Of a stretch of DNA of 64,000 bases, positions 45,647 through 58,430 are shown one piece after another (positions within the stretch are counted from its first letter, which is position 1; each line of letters begins with the position of its first letter). Source of the DNA: the human T2T-CHM13v2.0 reference genome, Homo sapiens; NCBI RefSeq assembly GCF_009914755.1, contig NC_060927.1; one strand, 5' to 3'. The notes under the pieces are model-generated. The model ran no database searches, was not told where the DNA came from, and saw only the letters and a program-made list of their open reading frames with translations. The translations under genes and the position numbers were made by a program.

Positions 45647-46075
45647 TGTCAGGCCTCTGATCCCAAGCTAACCCATCATATCCCCTGTGACCTGCACGTT
45701 TACATCCAGATGGCCTGAAGCACCTGAAGATCCACAGAAGAAGTGAAATTAGCCAGGTCCTGCCTTAACTGATGACATTCCACCATTTGATTTGTTCCTG
45801 CCCCACCTTAACTGATCAATTGATCTTATGACAATACACCCTCCCTGCCCTTGCGATAATGTATATTCCCTTGCCCTTAAGAAGGTATGTTGTAATAGTC
45901 TCCCCGCCCTTGAGAATGTACTTTTTAAGATCCACCCCCTGCCTGTAAAAAATTGCTCCTAACTCCACCGCCTATCCCAAACCTATAAGAACTAATGATA
46001 ATCCCACCACCCTTTGCTGACTCTCTTTTCGGACTCAGCCCGCCTGCACCCAAGTGAAATAAACAGCCTTGTTGC
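45647..46075 (+). mobile_element. HERV-H 3' LTR (LTR7 family), U3-R only
   Basis: tgtcaggcctctgatcccaagcta...AATAAA at 46058-46063, then cagccttgttgc and (CA)n; U5 absent. Confidence 0.9.
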
Positions 46076-46751
46076 GTGCACACACACACACACACAAGAA
46101 ATGTCACTTGCACACCTGCCAACCCCCTTCCATGCAAGACTTGTTGGAAAATAAGGCCAACCTGTATCCAGTGGAACCTCAGTGGCCAAGGCAGAGGGCT
46201 CTCTCCCTTCAATGGTTGGCATTTGGTGAGTGAGAGAATCTCCACCTAGATCATTCCTGATGCATTACTGATAACTGATAGTCTTTTCCAAGGACGATGC
46301 TGAAAAATATGGCCAACTGTCATTTGTTCTCACCGTTTCCAAATCGGGAGATGCTGGCTTAATTATAATTTTGGTTAGTGAAAGTTAGCAGACATAAATT
46401 CCAGAGGAAATACTATTGTGTAATGTACAATATGCCCCAATACAACTGGGCACAACTCAATCTTCCCTGAGGCAAAGACATCTGCATTCCTCCTGTCCTT
46501 CCTGTGGCCTCCGCCTGCCTCTTTTTCATGTCCTGATTGTTGAGAAAAACCTCTTGGCATTGGTCACTGGTGGCCTCAATGATCCTATCCCCAAATCCTC
46601 CTCTTCCCCAGTTTGTCCTATTGCTTCTCCTAGAGGCTGAGACCTCAATGTGAAAGTGTCAAGGAGACCAACCATGGGCCCAATCCACATCTGCCATAGT
46701 CTTCCCCATGCACCGAGGAGCATTTAAGGGACCTTGCTTTATTTGTTTTTA

Positions 46752-47208
<457 letters not shown>

Positions 47209-49311
47209 TCAAGACTGACTGCACCCCAGTCAATACCTACTTTCTCCCAGGGTAAGAGCCATTCTGGCCTCTGTCACTACAGATTCATTTCTCTTGCTCT
47301 AGAACTTCACATCAATGGAATAATAAAATGTGCTCATTTTGGCCTGGCTTTTTTACTCAGCCGTGTGTTTGAGATTCATCAGTGTGGCTGCCTGTGTCAG
47401 TAGTTCATTCCTCTTGATTTCTGACTTAAGTATTCCATTTGGTGGCTATGTCACAGTTTGCTGATACATTCTCCTGAGAACGAACATTTGGATGGTTTCC
47501 AGTTTTTGGCTATCACTCCTAAAGCTGCTATGAACAACTTTCCATGAATTTTTGGGTCAAAATGAGTGCTCATTTCTGTTGGGCAGATATCCAGCAGTGG
47601 ACTTGGGGGATCATAAGTAGGTGAATGTTTAGCTATAGTGGATACTGCCAACAATGATTGTGTCACTTTGTATTGTACTTTTGACATCTTTACAACATAG
47701 ATTTTTGGGGACACATTCAGGTCACTCCCATACACAATGCTTTGGATTGGCAGGGAGGAGGGAGGTGTTAGCAAAATTGCATCGCTGATAAACACAGATG
47801 GGCCTGAATTCTGAATTTGGAGCTCAGGGTATTTGTCCTTAAAATCTGGAGTGAATCAGTTGGAGGTATGTCTCTAGACGTCTTTATTTACACCTCCATT
47901 AGACTGTAAACACTATGAGAATAGGAATTGTAACTTATTCAGGGATGTGTCTGCAATGCCTAGCACAGTTCTTGGCACATAGGTGCTTTGTAAATAAAAA
48001 TTAATAAATTATTAACTTAATAATTGTAGCAAACAGCTATCGAGCACATTCTAGTGCTAGGCACTGTGACATGACTACCGATATGGTCTCATTTAAACCT
48101 CATGAAAGTCCTCTGAGATTAGGGAAGAGTGAAGTTCTTGTTTTACAGATGAGGAAGAAAGCTGAGGCCTTCGGCAGGTTAAGATACACAGCTGGATGGA
48201 AATAAAAAAATAAAAAAGATACACAGCTGGCAAGTGGCAGCTTTGTAATTAGACTTGAGGCAGTCTGACTCAGGAGCTTTTGTGTGTGTGTGAGATGGCA
48301 AGAGCCTGCACCCATTTTACAGAGGAGGAAACTGAGGCTCAGTGAGGTTAAGGAACCCTTCTCCCTGGAGTCAGCTGTGCCAGCCTCCCTACCTGGCTTA
48401 TTCTTAAAGGTTGAATATATGTAATGCAGAGCCCTGGCTGCTGCCCTCCTCTACAACCTCCACTCTCTGGAGCCCACAGCCACTGGATGTCGCAACGCTC
48501 ACCCCGAGCCTCCACCTCAGTGCTTCACTCTCACAAAGCCACCCTGTTGTGAGGTGACGCCTGCCACCTCTCTTTTCCATCCCCAGGGATGGAGAGAATC
48601 AGACCCAGCAATCCTTCCTTTAAAGTGCTGGGCTCTGTTTGGAGCAGGCGCCCAGCCCTGGGACTTGTTCCTTTGCAGGGGTCCACTTACATCACATGGG
48701 TGTTGAGTTCTCAGCCGAGGTGCAGTAATGAGGGCACTGTTTTCTATCAAAGGAGGCCTCTACAGTTCTGGTCTCCAGGGCCTTCTCACGCCTCCATTCA
48801 TTCAGCCCCTTAGGTCTCAGAGACCCAGAAAACTGCCTTCCTGGAACTCAAGCTGAGGCCCTGGGTGGGAGCCACCCACCCCCCAGCAGGCAGCAGCAGC
48901 AATCTTTTTTTCCATACCTGGACTTGGTGCATGGGTTGTTTCATTCCCCTTAAATGCTTGCAAAATAGTTCACACAAGTAATACATAAATCCACTGCTAC
49001 TGTAAACATTCGGAACAACTCAGTTGCATACACATTTTAAAAAGTAACATTTCTCCTTACTGTCCCAGCCATGCCCCAATCTCACCCCTTTCCCTGAGTC
49101 ATCACTCTTTTTGATGCTGCATGTGTGAGTTTTGTCGTTTTTCTGCAGCTTCCTTTTTAAACTCTGTGGTATGTCTTGGAGATATTTCTATGTTGGTATA
49201 TGTAGATCCACCTCACTCTTCTGATCTACTACAGTGTAAACCACAGTGTGATGCCCCATGGTTTTTTTTTTAAACCATTACGCTTTAGTTGGACATTTAG
49301 GTTGCTTCCAA

Positions 49312-49619
<308 letters not shown>

Positions 49620-50071
49620 TCAATTTTTCACTATTACAAATAATTCTACTCCAAACACCCTTATGCTTGCTGCCTTTCTGTCCACATGGGTGAATATTTC
49701 TCTAGGGCAGACACTGGGAAGTGGAAATGCTAGACCAGGAAGTACATGTATTTAAGTTTTAGTAGATGCTGCCAAATTATCTTCCAAAATGGCTGCATTT
49801 TCCATACTTGCCATCCGTGCCTGAGATTATGGGATTGTCCACACCTTCAGCAAGGCTTTATGTTATGAATCTAGGTTTGTCTCCTGAAAACTAATCTCTA
49901 GTGTTAGAAGTCGGGATAGTGGTTGCCCCTGTGGAGGGCAATAGTGGATGGGAAGGGGCAGGAGGGACTTCCAGGGTGCTGTTGATGTTCTGTTTCTTGA
50001 TCTGAGTGGTGGTTACACAGGTATTTTCAGTTTCTAAAAATGTGTTAAGTGGTATACTTAAAACAAGTGCA

Positions 50072-50074
<3 letters not shown>

Positions 50075-50115
<41 letters not shown>

Positions 50116-50355
50116 AGACGGGATCCCGCTCTGTCACCTAGGCTGGAATGCTGTGGTGTGATCTCGGCTTACTGCAACATTTGCCTCCTGGATTCAAGTG
50201 ATTCTCCTGCACCCAGCTAATTTTTTGCATTTTTAGTAGAAATGGGGTTTCACCATGTTGGTCAGGCTGGCCTCAAACTAGTGACCTCCAGTGATCCTCC
50301 CGCCTCAGCCTCCCAAAGTTCTGGGATTACAGACATGAGCCACCATGCCCAGCCC
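50075..50355 (-). mobile_element. Alu with T40 tail and internal deletion
   Basis: 40 T residues at 50075-50114; right-arm segment missing after ctcctgc. Confidence 0.9.
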
Positions 50356-50954
50356 AGGTGCAGTATTAAATATGCGTGTTATTCTTCGGCAAAAAGTTCA
50401 ATTTACCCCCCACCCCTGCAATTTAATGGGTGATAGGACAATATCCCATGATTATTTCATTTTGGAGATTGAGCCTTCTTTTGATATTTGGCCTTCTGGA
50501 TTCCTTCTTCTGGGTCTTTTGATAGTGCTTTGCCTGACAGGGGAAACCCTTTTTTGGAAAGGAGAAAAGGGGCTTGACTGTTTTCTGAGCATCTACTATA
50601 TAGATGCTCTCGAATCCTCACAGCAACCTTTCAGGGTAGGTACTGTTTACCCCATTTTACAGACAAGGAGGTGAGGCCTCAGAGAAGACCTGCCCGAGGT
50701 CATAAAATATCTGACTGCAGAGTCCTATCTTCCTCTCTGTCTTTTAAGTGACAGCTGCTCATGCGACAGGCTTTGGGCTACCCATGCAGCAGGCATGATC
50801 TTAACTAACCCCTGCAACAGCCCAGTGTGGCAGCTATATCGTCATCCCATTTTACAGATGAGAATAGTGAGGCTCAAAAAAGTTGAGTGAATTTTGCTCA
50901 GCTCCTTCAGTGATGGAGCAGGTTTGAGCCCAGGTCAGCCTGGCTCCAAAGCTG

Positions 50955-51120
50955 GGACAGGGAATTCGATAGAATGTTCTGAGAGGATGGATATGTTCAC
51001 TGTCTTTCTGAGAACATGGTAGCCACTAGCCACATGCGACTATTTAAGACTTGAGATGTGGCTAGTGCAACTGAGGAGCTGAAATTTTAGTCTTATTTAA
51101 TCATAATTAATTAAGTGGAC
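50955..51120. mobile_element. MER3-like DNA transposon
   Basis: atggtagccactagccacatg...gatgtggctagtgcaactgaggagctgaa. Confidence 0.75.
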
Positions 51121-52519
51121 TGCTTTGGATGGTGCAGCTCTAAGGAGACAGATCAGGGGGAGAAATGCCACAGGGGGCAGGCAAAGAGAACAGAGCTGCC
51201 ACCAGGTGGGAAGCCTCCAGCCCACCACAAGGGACTCACTGAAGGACCCCCACAGGACCCGACAAAACCCTCACAGGTCTCCCTTCGGGCACCAGAGCCA
51301 TGCCCTGTGGAAAGAGCCAGCGTTTTGTAATCAGATGCAGCCTTACCAAGCCTCTTAACCTAAGACTCAGGTTCCTCGTGTATAAAATAAGCATCAAAAT
51401 AGCGCTCGTTTTAATATTGAATGAGAGAATACACAGTGCCTGGCACATAATTGGTACTCAATAGGCTATTTAATAATCACATTATTATTACCACAATTCT
51501 GTTATTGATCATAGGCTCACTTTTAAGCTTTTAAATAAGCATTTTCATTATATAATGATAAAGCCATTTAAATTATTATTCACAGTTATTAAACAATGCA
51601 GATGGGTGTAAAGTGCAACCCCCCAAATCTCCAAATACTTCAACCCCACATCCTCCTCCCAGAAAAAACTGATGTAAGTAATTTCTTATGCATCTCTCCA
51701 GGAATTGTCTCTGCTTCTATAAACATCTAGAATGATTCTGATCTATCTTTTAGAAAGTGCAGATGGGCTCACACTGAATGTGCCAGGCTACACCTTGCTT
51801 TGTCACTCTATGGCACATCGAGGACATGTTTACACACGTGCACATTCAGACTCACATTATCTACTGTTTGCACAATGTTTCATAGCAGAGGTCATTGGTA
51901 ACTTATTTTAGTGGTCCTAACTGATGGATATGTAAGTGGTTGCCATATATTTTGCTGTTATGAGGAAGGTTTCAATGAATATCCCACATGTATCTTTCTG
52001 TACATGGGCAAGCGCACCCACCCAGAGGGTAAATTCTTACCATTGGGATTTCTAGGTCAATGGCTGGGATATTTTCCACTGTGCTGGATCTTGGTATATG
52101 TACAATCGCATGTTAAACTTCTCAAAAGTACTGGATTTTAAAGGAATATTCTGACAAGTTCTTCTGAAAAGATTCTTCAAGTCATGCTAATAATCACCCC
52201 GGAATGTATTTGCTGGGTGGGTTTGGAATTTTGGCAAAAACTGATATTTTCGTTAAGCAGATCTGGTTTTCAAAGTCTTTGTGGTGTAAACGTGGATGGG
52301 GCCGGGAGAGGGGACTTGGCAAGGGGGCTCCTGGAGGTCAAGGAACTGGATCCCTACTAATCCCATCTCAGGCAGGCTGGAGCAGAGGGAGAAAATTCTG
52401 CCTTCCTGGGAGGCCAATCCTGTATGAGGCAGAGCTTTGAGAGCTTGTGAAATAACACACCAGGAAGCTGCTGAGTCTGTGGCTTAGGGCAGGGAAGGGG
52501 GAAGAGAGAAGACACCCAA

Positions 52520-53100
52520 CAGGCTTTGCCAATGACTGGACAAGGGCAGTTCTCAGCAGGTGAAATCCAAACGGTCCACAAACGTAAGAAAGATGCTCTG
52601 CCTCCCCAGAAATCAAAGAAAATGCACGCTCAAGCAACAATGGGGTATTATCTTTCACCTATCAGATTGGTAAAAATGAAAATATAACGATACTCAGTGT
52701 TGGAGAGGGTGTGAGGAAACAGACACTCTGGTGTGCTCCTGGAGGGAGTGTTGATAGTACAGGTGTCCTGCAGGGAAACGTGCGTTGAAAGCCCTACAAA
52801 CCAGGCAGATATCTGTGCTTTTCCATTTCTAAGAATTTAAGAAAATAATTGAACACATTTCACAAAGATATATGGTCAAGAATGTGCATGAACAAGCATT
52901 GTTCAAGATAATAAAAAGATCGGCAATATGGTAAACGTCCAGCGATAGGGGATTGATTAAATTGTACTATTTCTATACAATGTAACAGTCTGTGGCTAAG
53001 AAGGATGTTGTAGACCTAGGTTTACTAACATGGAAGATGTCCACTATCTATTTAGAAAAATTAAGTGAAAAAAACAGGTTACAGGATTGGTTATATATTT
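52520..53100 (+). mobile_element. Old L1 (L1ME-like) 3' fragment
   Basis: atcaaagaaaatgca...cagattggtaaaaat...cagtgttggagagggtgtgaggaaac. Confidence 0.65.
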
Positions 53101-53177
53101 TGTTACACATGTAGTGTTACTTTATGTATTCAGTCTTACATATCTATATTTATCTCTATGTAGTATTACTTATATCA

Positions 53178-53223
53178 ATTAAAGTAATGGCAAAACTACA
53201 ATGACTTTTCCACCAACCTAATA
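53178..53223. mobile_element. MADE1 (mariner MITE) half copy
   Basis: aaagtaatggcaaaactacaatgacttttccaccaacctaata. Confidence 0.7.
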
Positions 53224-53286
53224 TATACATGTTTGTGGGTATAGATATGTGTATATACATGTTTGTGGGTGTAGATATGTGTATAT
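53222..53286. repeat. 30-bp tandem duplication
   Basis: tatatacatgtttgtgggt(a/g)tagatatgtg, two copies. Confidence 0.9.
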
Positions 53287-55139
53287 GTATGTGTGTCCAT
53301 ACATAGGTATGTTATGTGAATTTATGTGAATAATGTTTGGAAGAATATGAACCAAAATGTCCCCAGTGATTATAAACAAGTGGTGGGGAATTTTATTCAT
53401 TAATTAATGTATTCATTCATTTTCATAGTTCTCTGCATTTCTTGAGTTTCGTTTTTTCAATGAACCTGTGTTTTATAATTAGAGAAATGCTTTGTTATAT
53501 TGGTTTAGGAAATAAAGGAAGTTGATAACTCTGCCTCAACTGTATTAAGCAGTCTAAATGCAATTATTTCCCCATACCAACACTGTCCCCTGCGCTTGTG
53601 CACATTAGAAGCTCCCTATGATCCCAGGCCTGTCTTTAGTTATGATGAGAATAATGAGAAGGAGGACAATGATGTTCGTATACTGAACACCTACTATGTG
53701 CCAGGCATTGGCTGAGTCCTTCATGTGCATTCTATTATTGGATGCTCACCGTGGCCCAAGTGGTAGGTACCATCATGTCTTTAGATTTTCTAGGAGAGCT
53801 TGAAATGGGGACTTGCTGCAAGTGACTTCTTGAGGGACAGCTCTCATGGGAAACCTTTAAAAGTGTAAGGGAGGAAAGCAGGATGGAGCAGGAGAAGAAG
53901 TTAAGTCAAGATGTGGGCTCAGCTGAAGTCTAGCCTCAGGGGGATGCCGTGGGAAGTCTGGAGAGTAGATGGCACTGCAGCATCATCCCCCCATAGGCAA
54001 GGGGGCTGGGCTTTTGTACCTCCATATCTGTTGGTCATTGGCTATAGGACAATGGGAAGAGGGTAACCTGCAAGATGGGCTCAACCCCCAAAGTATCTCT
54101 AAGTGAGGTACTTCCCAGCATCCATGGGTGATTGTCTGAGAAGGGTGCAGCTGTGAGCAATCAGCACTCACAGTAACAGGCATGTGGGTGTGCTGGATCA
54201 ATAAAAGGGATGTAGGTGGAGGAGCACCAACCTCCTGCTTTTTACAGATGGGGCTCACAGAGGTTAAGTAACTTCCTCAAGGCTCCCCAACTAGTAACTG
54301 GGTTTTGAGCTCCTGTTGGAAGACCATGCTCAGAGCCCTGAAGCTGGACTACTTCTATTTTCACCAAAAGGAAAGAGGTTGAGGCCGTGGGTGGAAGCCC
54401 TCCCAATAGCCCCTGCCCCACCAGATGCCCCTCCGCCTGCTCTCTGAGCTTCACACTAGCATGTCGGCTGATGAGCAGTTTCCACCTGGGCTTTTGAAGG
54501 AGGGAGCCACAAAAAGCCTTTGTGTTTCTGTAAAGGTCCCTGAAGATTGTACTCTCGGTGGAGCTGGTTGCTAGGAGACATTTCTCAAGAAAGGTTCCTT
54601 TGGAAAATGAGCTCAGTCTCTGCCCACAATTCAACATTATTATACTTGGGAGAGTGACATCCCAACTCGTGCTCCCTCCAGAGCATTAAACGCAGATCCA
54701 ATTCCTTCTCCAACCGGTTCTTCCAGGCCTCAGCTCAGAGCATGTCCTGGGCTGATAACAGGTCCTGTGCCAGACAGACTCAGAATTCTGGAGAGAAAGG
54801 GCCCTTTGAGATGATCTGCCTGCACCCTCCATTATATAAGTGGAGAAACTGAGGCACAGAGCACTGAGGGACTCGCACAGTGAGTTAGTGGCAGGGTCAT
54901 AACTTGTTTCTCTCATTGTTGCACGTGACAGCCTCACCCACTCCCTGGGCCCCATAAGATCAATCAGCGGGACCTCAGGATGTGTGGACTGAATGCACTT
55001 TCCTTTATTAATCCTTGTGTTTCAAAGATTTTGGGGAATAAATTATTACTTTGCTCACACGGAGATAAGCAGCTGGCATTTGTTGGGCATCTACTATGTG
55101 CTAAACACTGGACTAGGTGCTTCAGGGTCTTCATCTACT

Positions 55140-56090
55140 AACTCTGACCTCCAGACCATCTTGGAGTTAGTTTCTATTGGCTGCTTTTTTCTTGACTAAG
55201 GATCACATTTTCCTGTCTCTTTGCATGTCTAAACAATTTTGATTGTATACTGGAGGTTGTGTGTGTGTGATGTGTTGTGGAGACTCTGGATTTTGTTATC
55301 TTTTTCTGATGAGTGTTAGGTTTTGTTTTAGCAGGCAGTACAATTATTAGGTGATCCCTTTGAAGTTCCATGGGCTTGTTTTTGCACTCCTGCAAAGTCC
55401 AGGCTCTTTCCAAGTCCCTTTAACTTGGTAGGACTCACCTCCAAACTTTCTCCCCTGAGGGTCTTGAAGGATTTGGTTTTAGGCTTTGTTATGCAGCTCT
55501 GGAGTATCCCTTACACCACAGTATAGTCCTCACACCTAAGGCACAGCTTTCTGGTGTCTCAGCTTGATGTCTAGGATGAAGGTCTCTCCAATGTCTCCCA
55601 GCCCCAGCTGACTCTCCCAGCCCCAGTTCACTCTTAACCCTATAACAGCTGCTCTCTGGTAAGTCTCAGATAGTCTGACCCTGTGCCTGCAAATCCCAGT
55701 CCTTGGGCAAGAACCTGTGGGTCATGGGGGACCCCCACACAGATTTTGGGGCTCCCTATCTATGCGGCTCCCTCCTCTCCAGTGCCCTGTCTTGCAGATT
55801 CCTTTTGCTTTAGTTGCTCCAAACCCTGATCTCTGCCTCCTGAGCTCAGAGGGACTACCATGTTCTGTTTGGGCTCCATCGTCCTGTGCCATAGTTGGGA
55901 AATTGTCCCAGGATGAGAGTCCAGGTGATGAGGGGCTCACCTTGTAAGTTTCCTTTCCTTCAGAGATCACAGTACCTATTGTCCACTGCCTGAGAACATT
56001 GTCTCTTATTTTGCCAAGTGTCAAGTTGTTTTTAGTGGTAGTGCTAGTGTGGCACCAGGTCCTCTATCATGGCTGGAAGTGGAAGTCCAA
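55140..56090 (-). mobile_element. Old L1M 5'/ORF1-region fragment
   Basis: cacattttcctgtctctttgcatgtct...ttttgattgtatactgg antisense L1M text. Confidence 0.5.
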
Positions 56091-56175
56091 CTCGTAGTGA
56101 GACATCCTTACCCCCTCTCTATAATCTTGGAATGCTCACCAGGACCCTGAGAGAAAATGCTTAAGCCTTCACTGA

Positions 56176-56814
<639 letters not shown>

Positions 56815-57774
56815 TAGAACACTTTCGCTGTCTTACTCTCTTGCTCTGCTGCCTTCAATGGCTCCCTATGACCCACAGTGGCACTTCACAAGGTGTAGAA
56901 TTGAGAGCTGCCCCTTAGGGAATGCTATAGTCTGTAGCTCTCCTTTTGGAGAATCACATCTGGACGTGTGAATACAAGAGGCCCTGCAGGAGAGAAACCT
57001 GTTTAAGTGAGCTTAATCCAGTCTGTTGGACCTGAAACTCTTGGCTCACCTAACACTTATTAAAGTCTTGTGGAACACACTGGAAAATGTTGGACCACAG
57101 AGTACAGGCTAAAGTTTCTATCTGAATTCCAGCCCTTCTACATTTCAGTCTACTCTCAATTTCCTTTCTTGTGACTTCTTGTCAACAGACCAACCCCCAC
57201 CCCCAATACCTATTTCTCCCTCCAGCCTTCACACTCTTGTAGTTTAAGAATGAGATAATCTTGTAGCTGCTGGGAGTTTCCATGAAGGGGGACTGGCCCA
57301 GGAATGAGGTCAACCAGAGAAAAGTAGAGCCCTGAGAGAGGGACTAGGTCCTGAAGACTTCATTTAAGACACAGGATCCAGCCTTGCTTGATGTCATTAC
57401 TCCTAGACTTTCACGTACAAGAGCCAAAAAATTGTCTTTTCTTCCCCCTTAACCCAGGGCTCCTGCAACCAAAAGAACACTTGACTGTGGCATCTTTCCA
57501 GCCTCCTGGTAAGTTTTCTGAGATTGGGCACTATGTCCTGTCCATTTCTATTCCCTCTCTGGTTTTTACACAGCATGGTAGCAAGGGTTGGGGGTCAAAT
57601 GTCTTGAGCCAGTGTTCCATGAGGCTCCATTTCCTTGGTCCAGGATATGCCACGATGTTTGTAACATGGAGCTAACTTTGCAGTTGCCAACCTAGAGTGG
57701 AGTTTTCTCCTGGAGGGTGAGGGTGAGGATGTTGTTGAGGAAAGGGGAGCTGGCTGTGGTGGGAAGAGTGTGGG

Positions 57775-58430
57775 TGTGGGAGACAGACCCCTAGGTGGCC
57801 TCCATGACTCTCACCCCTGTGCTGACCCTTTGGTGTGGTCCTCTACCTCTCCAGAGTAGAGGGTGGGTGGGAGCTATTTTAACAATAGAATATGGCAAAG
57901 GTGAGGGTGTGTCACTCCCATGATCATGCTAGATGGATTTGTATATGTGCATGTATGTGTGTATACGTGTGCATGTATGTGTGTATACGTGTGCATGTAC
58001 ATGTGACTCTGTCCTGCTAGCATACACTAACAAGAGATTCTCCTTGCTGGCTCAATGAAGTTAGCAGCTAGGTAAGGTGCCCCCATGGCAAGGAGCTGCG
58101 GGCAGCCTCAAGAAACTGGGTGGCCTCTTAGGACCTGAGGGCAGCCTCCAACAAGCAAGCAGCAAACCTCTGGGGCCTTCTGTTCTACAACTGCAAGGAA
58201 ATAAATTCTGCCAACAGCCTGAATGAGCACGGAAGTGAACTCTTTCTCAGTCGAGCCTCTGAATGAGAACACAGTTCAACTCATGCCTTGACTGCAGCTT
58301 GTGAGAGTCTGAGAAGAGGACCAGGTAAGCGGTGCCCAGACTCCTGCCAAGGGAAACTGTGATATGTGTGTGGTTTTCAGCCACTGATTTTGTGGTCACT
58401 TGTTACGCAGCAATAGAAAACCAAACCAAC
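57775..58430 (+). mobile_element. MLT1E/F-like LTR with internal 22-bp tandem repeat (57946-57999)
   Basis: caactgcaaggaaataaattctgccaacagcctgaatgagc...ttgttacgcagcaatagaaaac. Confidence 0.75.

Noticed and set aside
53178-53223. MADE1 as a miR-548-type hairpin
   Set aside because: Only one arm is present, so no stem can form
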